Assembly: GCA_028822475.1 (NCBI GenBank)
Contig: JAPKDT010000001.1
Location: 1 to 33,181, forward strand
Direction: 5' to 3'
Source of the DNA: SAR324 cluster bacterium
GTDB taxonomy: Bacteria > SAR324 > NAC60-12
DNA: 33,181 nucleotides
The notes beneath the pieces are model-generated. The model did no database searches, had not been told where the DNA came from, and worked only from the letters and a program-made list of their open reading frames with translations. Position numbers and translations under genes: made by a program. Shown piece by piece: positions 7,066-16,330 of this stretch (position 1 is its first letter; the number at the start of each line of letters is the position of its first letter).

Positions 7066-9327
7066 TTAACTTAGCCAGCGTTCAACTTCAAACTCCAGCG
7101 TTCTGTGAATAGGATCTGCTCTCAACAGCCTTATTTCCAAACGCTGTCCTGCCTGTAGTGTTCGGTTTTTACGGCGTCCCTGCAGATTGAGACGAATCTC
7201 ATCATAAACGTAGTTATCATCAGGCATCGATTCAAGCGGTAAAAACCATTCAAGACCATGCGGTTCAAGATTCACTCTAAATCCGTTTTTATCTACAGAA
7301 GTCACAACTGCCTGAAAAGTTTGTCCTGCATGCGGTACCAGAAAATCGACTTTCATCAAATCAATACTTTGACGTTCCGCTTTTTCCGCCCGACGTTCCT
7401 GTTGCGAGCATAATTCCGCCATTTCACTGTTTACAAAAGGTAGCCGTTCTTTTTTTGACTTCGCCCCCTGATCGAGGTGAAGTTTTTCCTTAATTGCGCG
7501 ATGCACCACCAAATCTGGATATCTGCGGATCGGTGAAGTGAAATGAGCGTAATATTCCGCGGCTAAGCCAAAATGACCTTTGTTCGTTGTCTGGTAAACC
7601 GCTAAGGCCATTGAGCGTAAGAGCAAAACCTGAAGTTGTTCAAAATGCGGGAGTTCCTGAATTTGCTCGATCACATCATTGAACTTTTTTGGGTCAGCCA
7701 ATGTACTCAGAGAAGTCTTTACTCCAAAGCGGAAAAAAGTCTGCTGAAGTTTTTGCAATTTTCTCATGTCCGGACGATCATGCACACGGTAAAGTGCAGG
7801 CATCCTGTTTTTCACGCAGTGCCGAGCAACCGTTTCGTTTGCTTCAAGCATGAACTGTTCAATCAGTTTCATTGCGCTGGACTGATAACTTCGTCCAATT
7901 CCGGTCATTTGCTGATCTGAGTCAAACTCAAATACTTCTTCAGCAAAACTAAACTGCACTGCACCGCGCTGAATTCTTTTACGTTCAAGAATTTTTGCGA
8001 GTTTGTGCATTTTGCTGATATTCGCCTGCAGTTCCGGAGAACTAATTGAGGAAGTTCTGCCGTCCAGCAAATCCGCGACATCTTCATAAATCAAACGCGC
8101 GCGGCTGCGGATTATGCTTTCCGAAAGTGAGTAGCCGACTACTTCTCCGCTGGAATCAATCCGCATTTCACAGGTTAAGGTCAAGCGGTTTACATTCGGA
8201 CGCAAGCTGCATAAATTGTTGGATAGTTCTTCCGGCAGCATCGGAACAGCGTGCGTTGGGAAATAGACACTTGTCCCACGGATAAGCGCTTCCTGATCCA
8301 CAGGATCTTCCGGACGTACGTAATGCGCTACATCAGCAATTGCTACAAAAAGTCGGAAACCTCCGGAGTTGTCACTGTCCGGAATTACGCAAACCGCGTC
8401 ATCAAAATCACGCGCGGTTTTTCCGTCGATTGTGACAAAATCCAAATCACGTAAATCCCTGCGTCCCGAAGAAGGGTCGAAGCGTACCTGCTGTGAAAAC
8501 TTTTTAACATATTCCAGCCCCTCTTGTGGATATTCTGTGCGGATTAGGTTTTCATTGAGTATCAGTTGAAAACCCAGTTCGTGATCGCTGGTATTTTCCA
8601 GTGCCCGTAAAACACGTCCGCTTGGTGCGGGAGATGATTTTTTAGCATGCTTGTTTTCTTCGAGCAATTCAACTTCCACTAGCGTTCCGGTTTCCAGTTC
8701 TGGAAGATCATCTTCTTCTGCAATCCAGAGGAAAGGCAAACCGGAATTACGGTGCACAGGCACGGCTACGGTTTCACGCTTGGTTCTTTTTAAACGAGCC
8801 AATATTTCATTGGAGGCCCGCTCAAGGACATTGACAATTTCACCGTTACTTTTTCCGCGCAATCCGCGGCTCCGGAAAACTTTTATTTCGACTAGGTCAC
8901 CTTCCATCGCGTAACCTTGTTCATTCTCGCCTATAAAAACGTCCGAACGCCCGCCGCCGATTGCGACAAAACCGAACCCCTTTTGATTGCGGGTGAAATA
9001 ACCTTTTTCTGTTTTTCCGGAACCGCTCCTTGGCCGGCTTTTAGGCCGCGGTTTGTAGACAGATTCATTTTGCATTTGTATACTTTTTTCTTCTTTAGCT
9101 TCTTCTTTTTTTTCTTTTGATACAGCGTGTTTGGGTTTTTGCTCTGCTTTAAAATAACGTGTACCCTGTTTAGAAATTCCCCCTGCTTTTGTCAGTTTTA
9201 GCAGTTCTGCTTTCAGTTTTGCGGTTGCAGTTTTATTCAGTCCCAACGCACCGCGTATTTGTTTAGTGGACAATGAATCTCCGTGATTTTCTAACAAGCG
9301 GAGGATTTGTTTTTTATGTGATTTCAT
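7066..9327 (-). CDS. rnr: ribonuclease R (3'-5' exoribonuclease)
   Basis: It has an N-terminal HTH, cold-shock-like domains, the RNB motif TIDGKTARDFDDAV and a C-terminal S1-like domain. The length is 753 aa. Confidence 0.95.
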   Translation of the reverse strand: MKSHKKQILRLLENHGDSLSTKQIRGALGLNKTATAKLKAELLKLTKAGGISKQGTRYFKAEQKPKHAVSKEKKEEAKEEKSIQMQNESVYKPRPKSRPRSGSGKTEKGYFTRNQKGFGFVAIGGGRSDVFIGENEQGYAMEGDLVEIKVFRSRGLRGKSNGEIVNVLERASNEILARLKRTKRETVAVPVHRNSGLPFLWIAEEDDLPELETGTLVEVELLEENKHAKKSSPAPSGRVLRALENTSDHELGFQLILNENLIRTEYPQEGLEYVKKFSQQVRFDPSSGRRDLRDLDFVTIDGKTARDFDDAVCVIPDSDNSGGFRLFVAIADVAHYVRPEDPVDQEALIRGTSVYFPTHAVPMLPEELSNNLCSLRPNVNRLTLTCEMRIDSSGEVVGYSLSESIIRSRARLIYEDVADLLDGRTSSISSPELQANISKMHKLAKILERKRIQRGAVQFSFAEEVFEFDSDQQMTGIGRSYQSSAMKLIEQFMLEANETVARHCVKNRMPALYRVHDRPDMRKLQKLQQTFFRFGVKTSLSTLADPKKFNDVIEQIQELPHFEQLQVLLLRSMALAVYQTTNKGHFGLAAEYYAHFTSPIRRYPDLVVHRAIKEKLHLDQGAKSKKERLPFVNSEMAELCSQQERRAEKAERQSIDLMKVDFLVPHAGQTFQAVVTSVDKNGFRVNLEPHGLEWFLPLESMPDDNYVYDEIRLNLQGRRKNRTLQAGQRLEIRLLRADPIHRTLEFEVERWLS

Positions 9328-10685
9328 TTTATTAGTTGTTTTTCTTTACGCAGCTTGACTAGGTGTGCTTCGATATTCTGCAGCGCCAATAGATGCAGGC
9401 GCGGATCAATTCCTTCATAAAGCTGCTCCAGAATTTCCTGTTTGGATTTTCCAGATTTTGATAATTTTAATATTTGTGATTCGCGTTCGCGACGATGTTT
9501 TAGTGTTTCAATCAACCGGTGAGTAGTACGCATCGGAATTCCGTGTGAGGGAATTATTACTTCCGGATTGAGTGCAATTACTTTTTCTAGTGTTTTAAAA
9601 TAGGTTGCCATGTCACCTTCCGGTGAAGGTATCACGACTGTGCCGATGCCCTGAATCAAATCACCTACGATGAACCAGCTCAGCGTGTCAGGAGCCAAAC
9701 CGAGATGCCCTGCATCATGTCCGGGGATTTCGTAAACCCTTACTGCGGAACCGTGCCAGCGTGTAACTTCTTCTTTTTCAACCGCGTTCCGTAATTCAAT
9801 CTGCTCAAAATAATCTTCGCCGTTTTTAAGAGTCAGCCGCTGTTGAGTGTCCTGACTGAGAATGATTGGCAGCTTTAATTGACGTGCCAGCTGATTCGAA
9901 AATTGGTGATGATCAGGATGATGATGCGTGAGAAAAATCGCGTCAAGTTTCTTAACCTTAATTGTGTTGAGCAAACGTTGATATTCTTCCCCGGAATTTG
10001 GTGAAGGATCAACTAGTAGTTTAGGTGCGTCTGAATCTCCCAACAGAAAAGCATTGGTCCTGCTGGCAGGTGGAAGTGTCGCGGACCTGACAGCATATTG
10101 TGGAACTCCTTCCAGCATTTCCAGACACGGAACAGTTTCATTATCAGTAAAATTTTGTGACAAATCACCAAATGCAGTTGCTTGAGGATTTTTTTGTAAA
10201 CCTTCTAAAACCAAACGTGTAGGGTGAACCATCAAACTTTTTCCTGCACGGAAAGTTTCAAGCAGTTCCGCGGAAGTTTTCCAGAAACTATCGGCGAATT
10301 CTCCTGAGTCGACTTTAAAAGTAATGAGTTTGCTCAAGTCAACCCGGTAAAACCATGTCCTGAAACGTACTGGTGAAAAGGGTGGTGCTAATGCTTCGGC
10401 AAGTTCGCTGACAGACAGTACCTCGCCTTTTTTAATACCTTCCTCAAGATCGTAACCTAATTCCTCCATTATTTCCCTCTGCAAAGCACGCATGCGTAGA
10501 GCATCGTGCTCACGGAGAAATTCCGTTTCAAATGCAACTGAGGATTCATCCGCATCAATTTTACCTCCTGGGAAAGCATGGTATCCCGGAAAAGCGAGCA
10601 GGTACGGCTGACGCTGAACTGCAAAAATCTGCTGCTCATGTATGAAAATAACTGAGACAGACTCAAGAGGTGGAGAATTATTCAT
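9324..10685 (-). CDS. NUDIX hydrolase - metallo-beta-lactamase-fold hydrolase fusion protein
   Basis: The N-terminus carries FPGGKIDADE ... REIMEELGY (Nudix box elements). The C-terminus carries the full MBL ligand set: THHHPDHH (HxHxDH), PGHDAGH, VGDLI and IPSHG. Confidence 0.8.
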   Translation of the reverse strand: MNNSPPLESVSVIFIHEQQIFAVQRQPYLLAFPGYHAFPGGKIDADESSVAFETEFLREHDALRMRALQREIMEELGYDLEEGIKKGEVLSVSELAEALAPPFSPVRFRTWFYRVDLSKLITFKVDSGEFADSFWKTSAELLETFRAGKSLMVHPTRLVLEGLQKNPQATAFGDLSQNFTDNETVPCLEMLEGVPQYAVRSATLPPASRTNAFLLGDSDAPKLLVDPSPNSGEEYQRLLNTIKVKKLDAIFLTHHHPDHHQFSNQLARQLKLPIILSQDTQQRLTLKNGEDYFEQIELRNAVEKEEVTRWHGSAVRVYEIPGHDAGHLGLAPDTLSWFIVGDLIQGIGTVVIPSPEGDMATYFKTLEKVIALNPEVIIPSHGIPMRTTHRLIETLKHRRERESQILKLSKSGKSKQEILEQLYEGIDPRLHLLALQNIEAHLVKLRKEKQLIK

Positions 10686-11419
10686 CAGGAAATATTATTG
10701 GAAATATTCTTTATCGCGCATTCAGTTTTTTGCTGACCGTATTTTAAATCAGCTGCCGAAACAGAGCACACACGGATCAGATGTGGTGCATATTTTTCGA
10801 TAAAAACGAAAAAAAAGTCTGGAACTTTTGCGGTTAATTGAGTCACCGCGCGCATATACCAGCTTGCTTGTACTGCATAATAATCCTGAATTGGTTTCTG
10901 TACACAGGCTTTGCCTATATTGTTAGTAAATTTTAAATCAACAATTATTCCGGAAGCAGGATCAAACCAATCCAACCGCGCTTTGCAGTTCAGACCAAAT
11001 TCTGAATCCTGCCAAAACAGTGAAACTTCTGAAACGCCATTTACCCACAGTTTTTGAATTTGCGGATGTATTTCAAAAACCTTGCGGATATTTTCTAATC
11101 TTTCCCACTCCCCGGTTCTCAGCACAATTTTACCCGGATGCTGCTCTGCAAATTCCGCCCAACGCTTTTTACCTGTTTTTCCACGTTGATGCAAACCCTC
11201 CGGAGCACGCACATAGAGCTCTGGAAACATTTCCGGCTCCAGTAGCAGGCAATGTCCCGCACTTCCAAACTGCAGGGCCTGATAATTTTTATATCCGTCG
11301 GTTTTTTTGTGTGCAGATGAAAACCACTGCTTGAGGGTAGACTGATTAAGACCGGACATTTGTAGATACTCCTCAAAAGGGAGATTTTGAACAATTCCGA
11401 ATGATTCGGTTTTGTTCAC
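10685..11419 (-). CDS. PD-(D/E)XK nuclease, RecE C-terminal/DUF3799-like
   Basis: [14 protein letters not shown] resembles the RecE-type motif. The catalytic-looking residues are RLDWFD ... IIVDLKF (D...DxK) followed by QASWY (QxxxY). The GTG start overlaps the gcvP stop. Confidence 0.65.
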   Translation of the reverse strand: MNKTESFGIVQNLPFEEYLQMSGLNQSTLKQWFSSAHKKTDGYKNYQALQFGSAGHCLLLEPEMFPELYVRAPEGLHQRGKTGKKRWAEFAEQHPGKIVLRTGEWERLENIRKVFEIHPQIQKLWVNGVSEVSLFWQDSEFGLNCKARLDWFDPASGIIVDLKFTNNIGKACVQKPIQDYYAVQASWYMRAVTQLTAKVPDFFFVFIEKYAPHLIRVCSVSAADLKYGQQKTECAIKNISNNIS

Positions 11420-14361
11420 TCACCTTCCTCATAATTTTCCAGCGGAGGGCAGGAACAGACCAGGTTTCGATCTCCGTAAACATTGTCCACACGGGCAGTA
11501 GGAGGCCAATATTTGTAGCGTCTGAGAGAAGCTAGCGGGTAAATCGCCGCCTCTCTGGAATATGGATGTTCCCATTCCGGATCGGTAAGATCTTCGGCAG
11601 GATGTGGTGCGTTTTTGAGTGGATTGTCTTGTTTGTCCCATTCTCCTTTTTCAACGAGTTCTGCTTCTCTACGGATCGAAATCATTGCCTCACTAAAACG
11701 GTCAAGTTCTGCTTTCGGTTCGCTTTCAGTAGGTTCGATCATCAAAGTTCCCGGTACCGGCCAGGACATGGTTGGCGCATGGAAACCATAGTCAATTAAA
11801 CGCTTGGCGATATCTTCTTCAGTGATGCCGCAGGCTTCTTTCAAAGGCCGAACGTCAACAATGCACTCATGTGCAATCAAATTATTTTTTCCTGTATAAA
11901 CAATCGGATAATGCTCTTTTAAACGCTGAGCCAAATAATTCGCGTTTAGAATTGCGGTCTGTGAAGATTTTTTTAATCCTTGTCCGCCCATGAGTTGGAT
12001 ATAAACCAGAGAAATCGTCAGGATGCTTGGACTGCCCCACGGAGCGGCTGAAACAGCTGTGTTTTCCGGAGATAGACCTTCAATCGGCACAACACTGTGA
12101 TTTGGCGCAAACGGGGCAAGGTGTGATTTTAAACCAATTGGTCCCATTCCAGGACCTCCACCGCCGTGTGGAATGCTGAAGGTTTTGTGTAAATTCATGT
12201 GCAGAACATCCGCACCCAATTTTCCAGGTTGTGCAATTCCCATCAACGCATTCAGGTTTGCTCCATCCATGTAAACCTGTCCGCCGTTTTCGTGAATGAT
12301 TTCGCAAATCCGGATTATACTGTCCTCAAAGACACCATGAGTAGAAGGATAGGTAATCATCAAGGCCGATAGATTTTCAGCATGTGTTTCTGCTTTTTCA
12401 CGCAAATGATCGACATCGATGTTACCATCTTTATCACATTTCACGATAACTATTTTCATGTTCGCCAGCGTCGCGCTCGCAGGATTTGTACCATGAGCGG
12501 AACTGGGAATAAGGCAGATGTTACGTTGAACATCGCCCCTTGACTTGTGGTAGTGCCGAATGGTTAGTAATCCGGCATACTCGCCTTGAGCTCCGGAATT
12601 CGGCTGCATTGAAACCGTATCAAATCCTGTAATACGTATCAGCGAATTTTCTAGTTCACGGATCATCAACCGGTAGCCTTCTGTTTGTTCCACAGGTGCA
12701 AACGGATGTATGTTCGAAAATTCAGGCCAACTGACAGGAATCATTTCTGAAGTTGCATTGAGTTTCATTGTGCATGAACCGAGCGGAATCATCGCGCGGT
12801 CAAGAGCAATATCTTTGTCCTGTAAATAACGCAGATAACGCAGCATCGCTGTTTCAGAGTGATGTTGATGAAAAACAGGATGTGTTAAAAATTCTGAGGA
12901 GCGGCGCAGATATTTTGGTATTCCGGAATTGCTGTCTTCAGCCATAAAATGAGAGTCGAGTTCTTCGATTGAAGGCATTTTATTTTCACCACCAAACACA
13001 CTCCAGAGTGTGGAAATGTCTTCTGGAGTAGTTGCTTCATCCAAACTTATTCCCAATTGTTCGCTACCTGTTTTACGGAGATTGATACCATGCTCCAACG
13101 CACTTTTGTAAATGCCGTCACGCTTCTCTCCCAGCGATATAGTGATGGTGTCAAAGAAGTGTGAATTGTCTGCGGCAAATCCGAGCTGTTTCAAACCTTC
13201 CGCGAGTATATTTGTTAGCCTGTGGATGCGATTAGCGATAATTCTCAAACCTTCCGGGCCGTGATAAACCGCATAACTGCTGGCAATCACTGCCAATAAA
13301 GCCTGTGCTGTGCAAATGTTGCTCGTCGCTTTTTCACGGCGAATGTGTTGTTCACGAGTCTGCAAAGCCATCCGCAGCGCGGTTTTTCCACGTCGATCCT
13401 TGGATGCACCGATGATACGTCCGGGAATACTCCTTAGATTCTTTTCTTTTGCAGCAAAAAAAGCAGCGTGCGGACCGCCGAAACCCATTGGTACTCCAAA
13501 GCGCTGTGTGCTTCCGACAACCACATCCGCGCCTAATTCTCCTGGAGGTTTCAGCAAAACAAGACTCAGCGGATCAGACGCTACCGCAACCATAGTTCCT
13601 GACTCATGCCATTTTTCGAGCAAATTTTCAAGATCATGAATGTCACCAAAAGTTCCCGGATATTGAATTAACGCTCCAAACAAATCTGCGTCTGGAGAGT
13701 CTAACTGCTCCAGGATATTTCCGTGGACCAATTCAAAACCCATTGGCTCCGCTCTCGTTTTCAGCACATCAACAGTTTGTGGATGGCAGTCGTGAGCCAC
13801 AAAAAAGCGCATGCTTTTGCTACGTGAAATACGTTTGCAGAAAGTCATTGCTTCTGCAGCCGCAGTCGCTTCATCGAGCAGTGACGCGTTCGCGACATCC
13901 ATTCCGGTAAGATCAATTACCATTTGTTGAAAATTCAGCAGTGCTTCGAGACGTCCCTGTGAAACTTCAGGCTGATAAGGAGTGTAGGCTGTGTACCAGC
14001 CTGGATTTTCCAGTAGGTTACGTTGAATGACGCCCGGCAGGATTGTGCTGTGGTAACCCATCCCTATCATTGATTTTGCCACAGTATTACGATTTGCGAG
14101 TACGCGCAGTTCATCGAGCACTTCTGTTTCAGTACGGCTCTCCGGCAGGTCAAGCTCACCCGACATTCGGATTGAATCCGGGACTGCTTTGTCAATCAAC
14201 TCATCCAGAGATGACATCCCAAGTGTTTGAAGCATTTCAGCAATATCCTGTTCTGAGGGGCCGATGTGACGGTGGATGAAACGGTCACGCTGTTCAAGTT
14301 CTTGCAGCCGTAGAGGGTGGTTTTTTTGTGAATTTGCGCTACTAGAATCTAAAGAAGACAT
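11416..14361 (-). CDS. gcvP: glycine dehydrogenase (decarboxylating), glycine cleavage system P protein
   Basis: The single-chain protein is about 980 aa. The N-terminal [35 protein letters not shown] and the PLP-Lys region [16 protein letters not shown] are present. I chose the ATG at 14361 (MSSLD...) rather than the 28-codon upstream extension in the track. Confidence 0.95.
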   Translation of the reverse strand: MSSLDSSSANSQKNHPLRLQELEQRDRFIHRHIGPSEQDIAEMLQTLGMSSLDELIDKAVPDSIRMSGELDLPESRTETEVLDELRVLANRNTVAKSMIGMGYHSTILPGVIQRNLLENPGWYTAYTPYQPEVSQGRLEALLNFQQMVIDLTGMDVANASLLDEATAAAEAMTFCKRISRSKSMRFFVAHDCHPQTVDVLKTRAEPMGFELVHGNILEQLDSPDADLFGALIQYPGTFGDIHDLENLLEKWHESGTMVAVASDPLSLVLLKPPGELGADVVVGSTQRFGVPMGFGGPHAAFFAAKEKNLRSIPGRIIGASKDRRGKTALRMALQTREQHIRREKATSNICTAQALLAVIASSYAVYHGPEGLRIIANRIHRLTNILAEGLKQLGFAADNSHFFDTITISLGEKRDGIYKSALEHGINLRKTGSEQLGISLDEATTPEDISTLWSVFGGENKMPSIEELDSHFMAEDSNSGIPKYLRRSSEFLTHPVFHQHHSETAMLRYLRYLQDKDIALDRAMIPLGSCTMKLNATSEMIPVSWPEFSNIHPFAPVEQTEGYRLMIRELENSLIRITGFDTVSMQPNSGAQGEYAGLLTIRHYHKSRGDVQRNICLIPSSAHGTNPASATLANMKIVIVKCDKDGNIDVDHLREKAETHAENLSALMITYPSTHGVFEDSIIRICEIIHENGGQVYMDGANLNALMGIAQPGKLGADVLHMNLHKTFSIPHGGGGPGMGPIGLKSHLAPFAPNHSVVPIEGLSPENTAVSAAPWGSPSILTISLVYIQLMGGQGLKKSSQTAILNANYLAQRLKEHYPIVYTGKNNLIAHECIVDVRPLKEACGITEEDIAKRLIDYGFHAPTMSWPVPGTLMIEPTESEPKAELDRFSEAMISIRREAELVEKGEWDKQDNPLKNAPHPAEDLTDPEWEHPYSREAAIYPLASLRRYKYWPPTARVDNVYGDRNLVCSCPPLENYEEGE

Positions 14362-14497
14362 GCTGATTATTGTTTGATAGTAGTTAAGTTTAATGATATT
14401 AGTGTGGACACTTTTACAAGATCTCACGCTTCGTCGAAATGACAAGGCTCAGGATTTTTTTCTGGCCCATCAATCTTGAATTATTTGTCTACCTTGG

Positions 14498-14526
14498 ATT
14501 CTATCAAATTTGGTGTGACAAAACAA
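14498..14526 (-). promoter_or_regulatory. candidate sigma70-type promoter for gcvP
   Basis: The minus strand reads TTGTTT-17 nt-TAGAAT, about 130 nt upstream of the gcvP ATG. This is a by-eye match only. Confidence 0.25.
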
Positions 14527-14675
14527 ATTCTTTAAGAAAATCTGAGGGAAAGGGAATTCTGTGGAAATACAGTGGGAATTGTAGTGACTAAGAAAAAGTA
14601 CAAGAAATGTATAGATTTTATTCTGGAAAAAAAATATTCAGCAAGAAAATGAATTAATGAAATTGATTAATATAT

Positions 14676-15086
14676 TCAATACAGGTGATATGCAGACAAC
14701 GCTGCAGCCATTAACAAATTTGCCAAGTAGATACGTAGGCAACCCATACAAACAAGACGTAATTTGAAAAACATTATGTATGCATAGTAACACGTTACCA
14801 GCATTGCCGCAACCATTGCGGAATTTAGCCAGTACAACTGTATTTCCTCCAGATAGATGTTACGCAGAAGTTGCGCGAGTACAAATCCGTAAAAAATAAC
14901 TGCTCCATAGGCGACCGGAATTTTCGCAATCTGTGCCTCTTTAGAAAGTGCAACTTTGTTGCAGGCTGAAAACGGATGATGAGCTCTTACCTGGTGATGC
15001 CGTACTGCAAGGCTTAGTGCTCCTTGAAGACCGAAGATAGCCGCCCCGCCGAAGGCAATTAGACTGAAAATAGCTGAATCATGCAT
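14676..15086 (-). CDS. VKOR (vitamin K epoxide reductase)-family-like small membrane protein
   Basis: There are four predicted TM helices. The loop after TM1 contains SACNKVALSKEAQIAKIPVAYG (the VKOR C..V..S...P.a.G pattern). A CxxC (CMGC) sits at the start of the last TM helix. Confidence 0.5.
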   Translation of the reverse strand: MHDSAIFSLIAFGGAAIFGLQGALSLAVRHHQVRAHHPFSACNKVALSKEAQIAKIPVAYGAVIFYGFVLAQLLRNIYLEEIQLYWLNSAMVAAMLVTCYYAYIMFFKLRLVCMGCLRIYLANLLMAAALSAYHLY

Positions 15087-15204
15087 ATAATCTAAAACTT
15101 GTTTTGTTCTGGACTTGAATCTGAGTCAGAGTTTGAAGATACTGAAAGCAGTCCTGTAATCTCCAGATTGATCTGCAAAATTCCTACCTGAACAATTGTA
15201 TAAT

Positions 15205-16251
15205 ATGAAAATAACACCAGCTTGGGATAATTCCATACTTACTGCCGACCAAATCGAGACAGTTGAAACGCCATTCAATTGGTTTCCGGGTGCTTTGAGT
15301 GAAAATGATAACAGCTCAATTAAGCAAAATGGCATCTTGCTGCCGTTGTTGGTAAAAGCAGTGCGGGATTCAAAATATCTGTTGGTCGATGGTTTTAAAC
15401 GGTTTTCATGCAGAGCAACTCAGACGGAAATTTCTAATCATGAAAAGCAGACACTCGAATTTTCCTGTATTGTTCTTCCGGATTCACTGTCCATGAAGGA
15501 AGTTGCCGGAATTCGTCTGCATACTTTAGCTGCGGCAGGAACTGCTTTTTCCGGGTTACATGTATGCAGGATGCTGAAAAATTTACTTTTATATGGTTTT
15601 GAAAAAGATAAAATTGTCTTGGAGGTTTTACCGCGACTTGGACTAAAACCCTCAGTCAGACTGTTGCGTCAATTGTTGGATTTACAAGAAATGCTGGAAG
15701 TGCAGGAGCAGCAATTCCGGCAGACGGACTTTTTAATGAGTTTGGGTTGTGAAGATTTGCTGCCGTTGTTGAAATTTTCACAAAATGATTTTGCCACCGT
15801 TGTCGGGCTTGCAGAAAAAATGGAAGTCAGCGGAAAAAAGTGGCGAAACCTGCTTCAGGTTTTGGATGAAGTCTGCCGTTTGAAGCAGACGTCCGCAGTC
15901 GAGGTTTTGAAATTTCCAGAAATATTGGAGATTTTCGGACGTTCGAGCCTTCAAGCACCTGTACGCTACCGTTTACTGAAACAGCAGCTTGATTCATGGC
16001 GTTATCCGGAGTTGAGTGATTTGCGGCAGAGATTTGAACAAGGAAGGCAGCGCCTGAAATTAACTCCCCGTATGTCACTGGAAAGCGAAGCATTTTTTGA
16101 AAATGATGATTTAACTCTGACTCTTAAAATTCGCTCCTATGAAGAATTACTGAGACATTTGAAATACTTGGAGCATGGAGCACATGAGTTTACGGCAGAA
16201 AAATCGGAAGAATTGTGGAATGATTTGTTTGCTGTTTTGCTGGAAGAGTAA
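15205..16251 (+). CDS. ParB/Srx-fold (ParB N-terminal domain) protein with a long helical C-terminal region of unknown family
   Basis: IKQNGILLPLLVKAVRDSKYLLVDGFKRFSCRA matches the ParB N-domain boxes (l.P..V....ky.lvdG..R). The remaining 250 aa or so are Leu/Glu/Arg-rich with no motif I recognise. The start is either ATG 15205 or TTG 15196. Confidence 0.6.
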   Translation: MKITPAWDNSILTADQIETVETPFNWFPGALSENDNSSIKQNGILLPLLVKAVRDSKYLLVDGFKRFSCRATQTEISNHEKQTLEFSCIVLPDSLSMKEVAGIRLHTLAAAGTAFSGLHVCRMLKNLLLYGFEKDKIVLEVLPRLGLKPSVRLLRQLLDLQEMLEVQEQQFRQTDFLMSLGCEDLLPLLKFSQNDFATVVGLAEKMEVSGKKWRNLLQVLDEVCRLKQTSAVEVLKFPEILEIFGRSSLQAPVRYRLLKQQLDSWRYPELSDLRQRFEQGRQRLKLTPRMSLESEAFFENDDLTLTLKIRSYEELLRHLKYLEHGAHEFTAEKSEELWNDLFAVLLEE

Positions 16252-16330
16252 GGTAGTGCTTCCGGATTCTCTGGTGGATGATTTCAAATTTTTCAGTAAT
16301 TTTTTATAGGATGTACCGATGTAGACTGAA

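Noticed and set aside
9060-9125. A T/C-rich low-complexity run (cttttttcttctttagcttcttcttttttttcttttg) that looks like a simple repeat.
   Set aside because: It is the antisense of a Lys/Glu-rich linker (KEKKEEAKEEKS) in the N-terminal region of RNase R, so it is coding low complexity rather than a repeat element.
14362-14445. A 28-codon N-terminal extension of gcvP appears in the ORF track ([28 protein letters not shown]).
   Set aside because: Its composition is not protein-like. Canonical GcvP N-termini begin near the internal MSSLD..., so the ATG at 14361 was chosen.
14362-14675. A glycine riboswitch was expected in the long leader upstream of gcvP.
   Set aside because: I read the minus strand of the whole spacer. 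The conserved GGAGAG...CACCGAAGGGGCAA / CTCAGGCAAAAGGAC-type cores are absent, and only an imperfect hairpin around 14440-14470 is present. A covariance-model scan (RF00504) would be decisive.
15130-15145. A short palindrome, CTGAGTCAG, in the VKOR/ParB divergent spacer as a possible parS-like site.
   Set aside because: It is only 9 bp, occurs once and bears no resemblance to the 16-bp parS consensus. It could easily arise by chance.
16252-16330. A possible HigB/RelE-type toxin gene or remnant upstream of the antitoxin remnant.
   Set aside because: All three forward frames hit stops within about 25 codons. Apart from a GG-D-like fragment, I see no convincing similarity to the ..LLCGGDKSTQ..DI..A toxin C-terminus.
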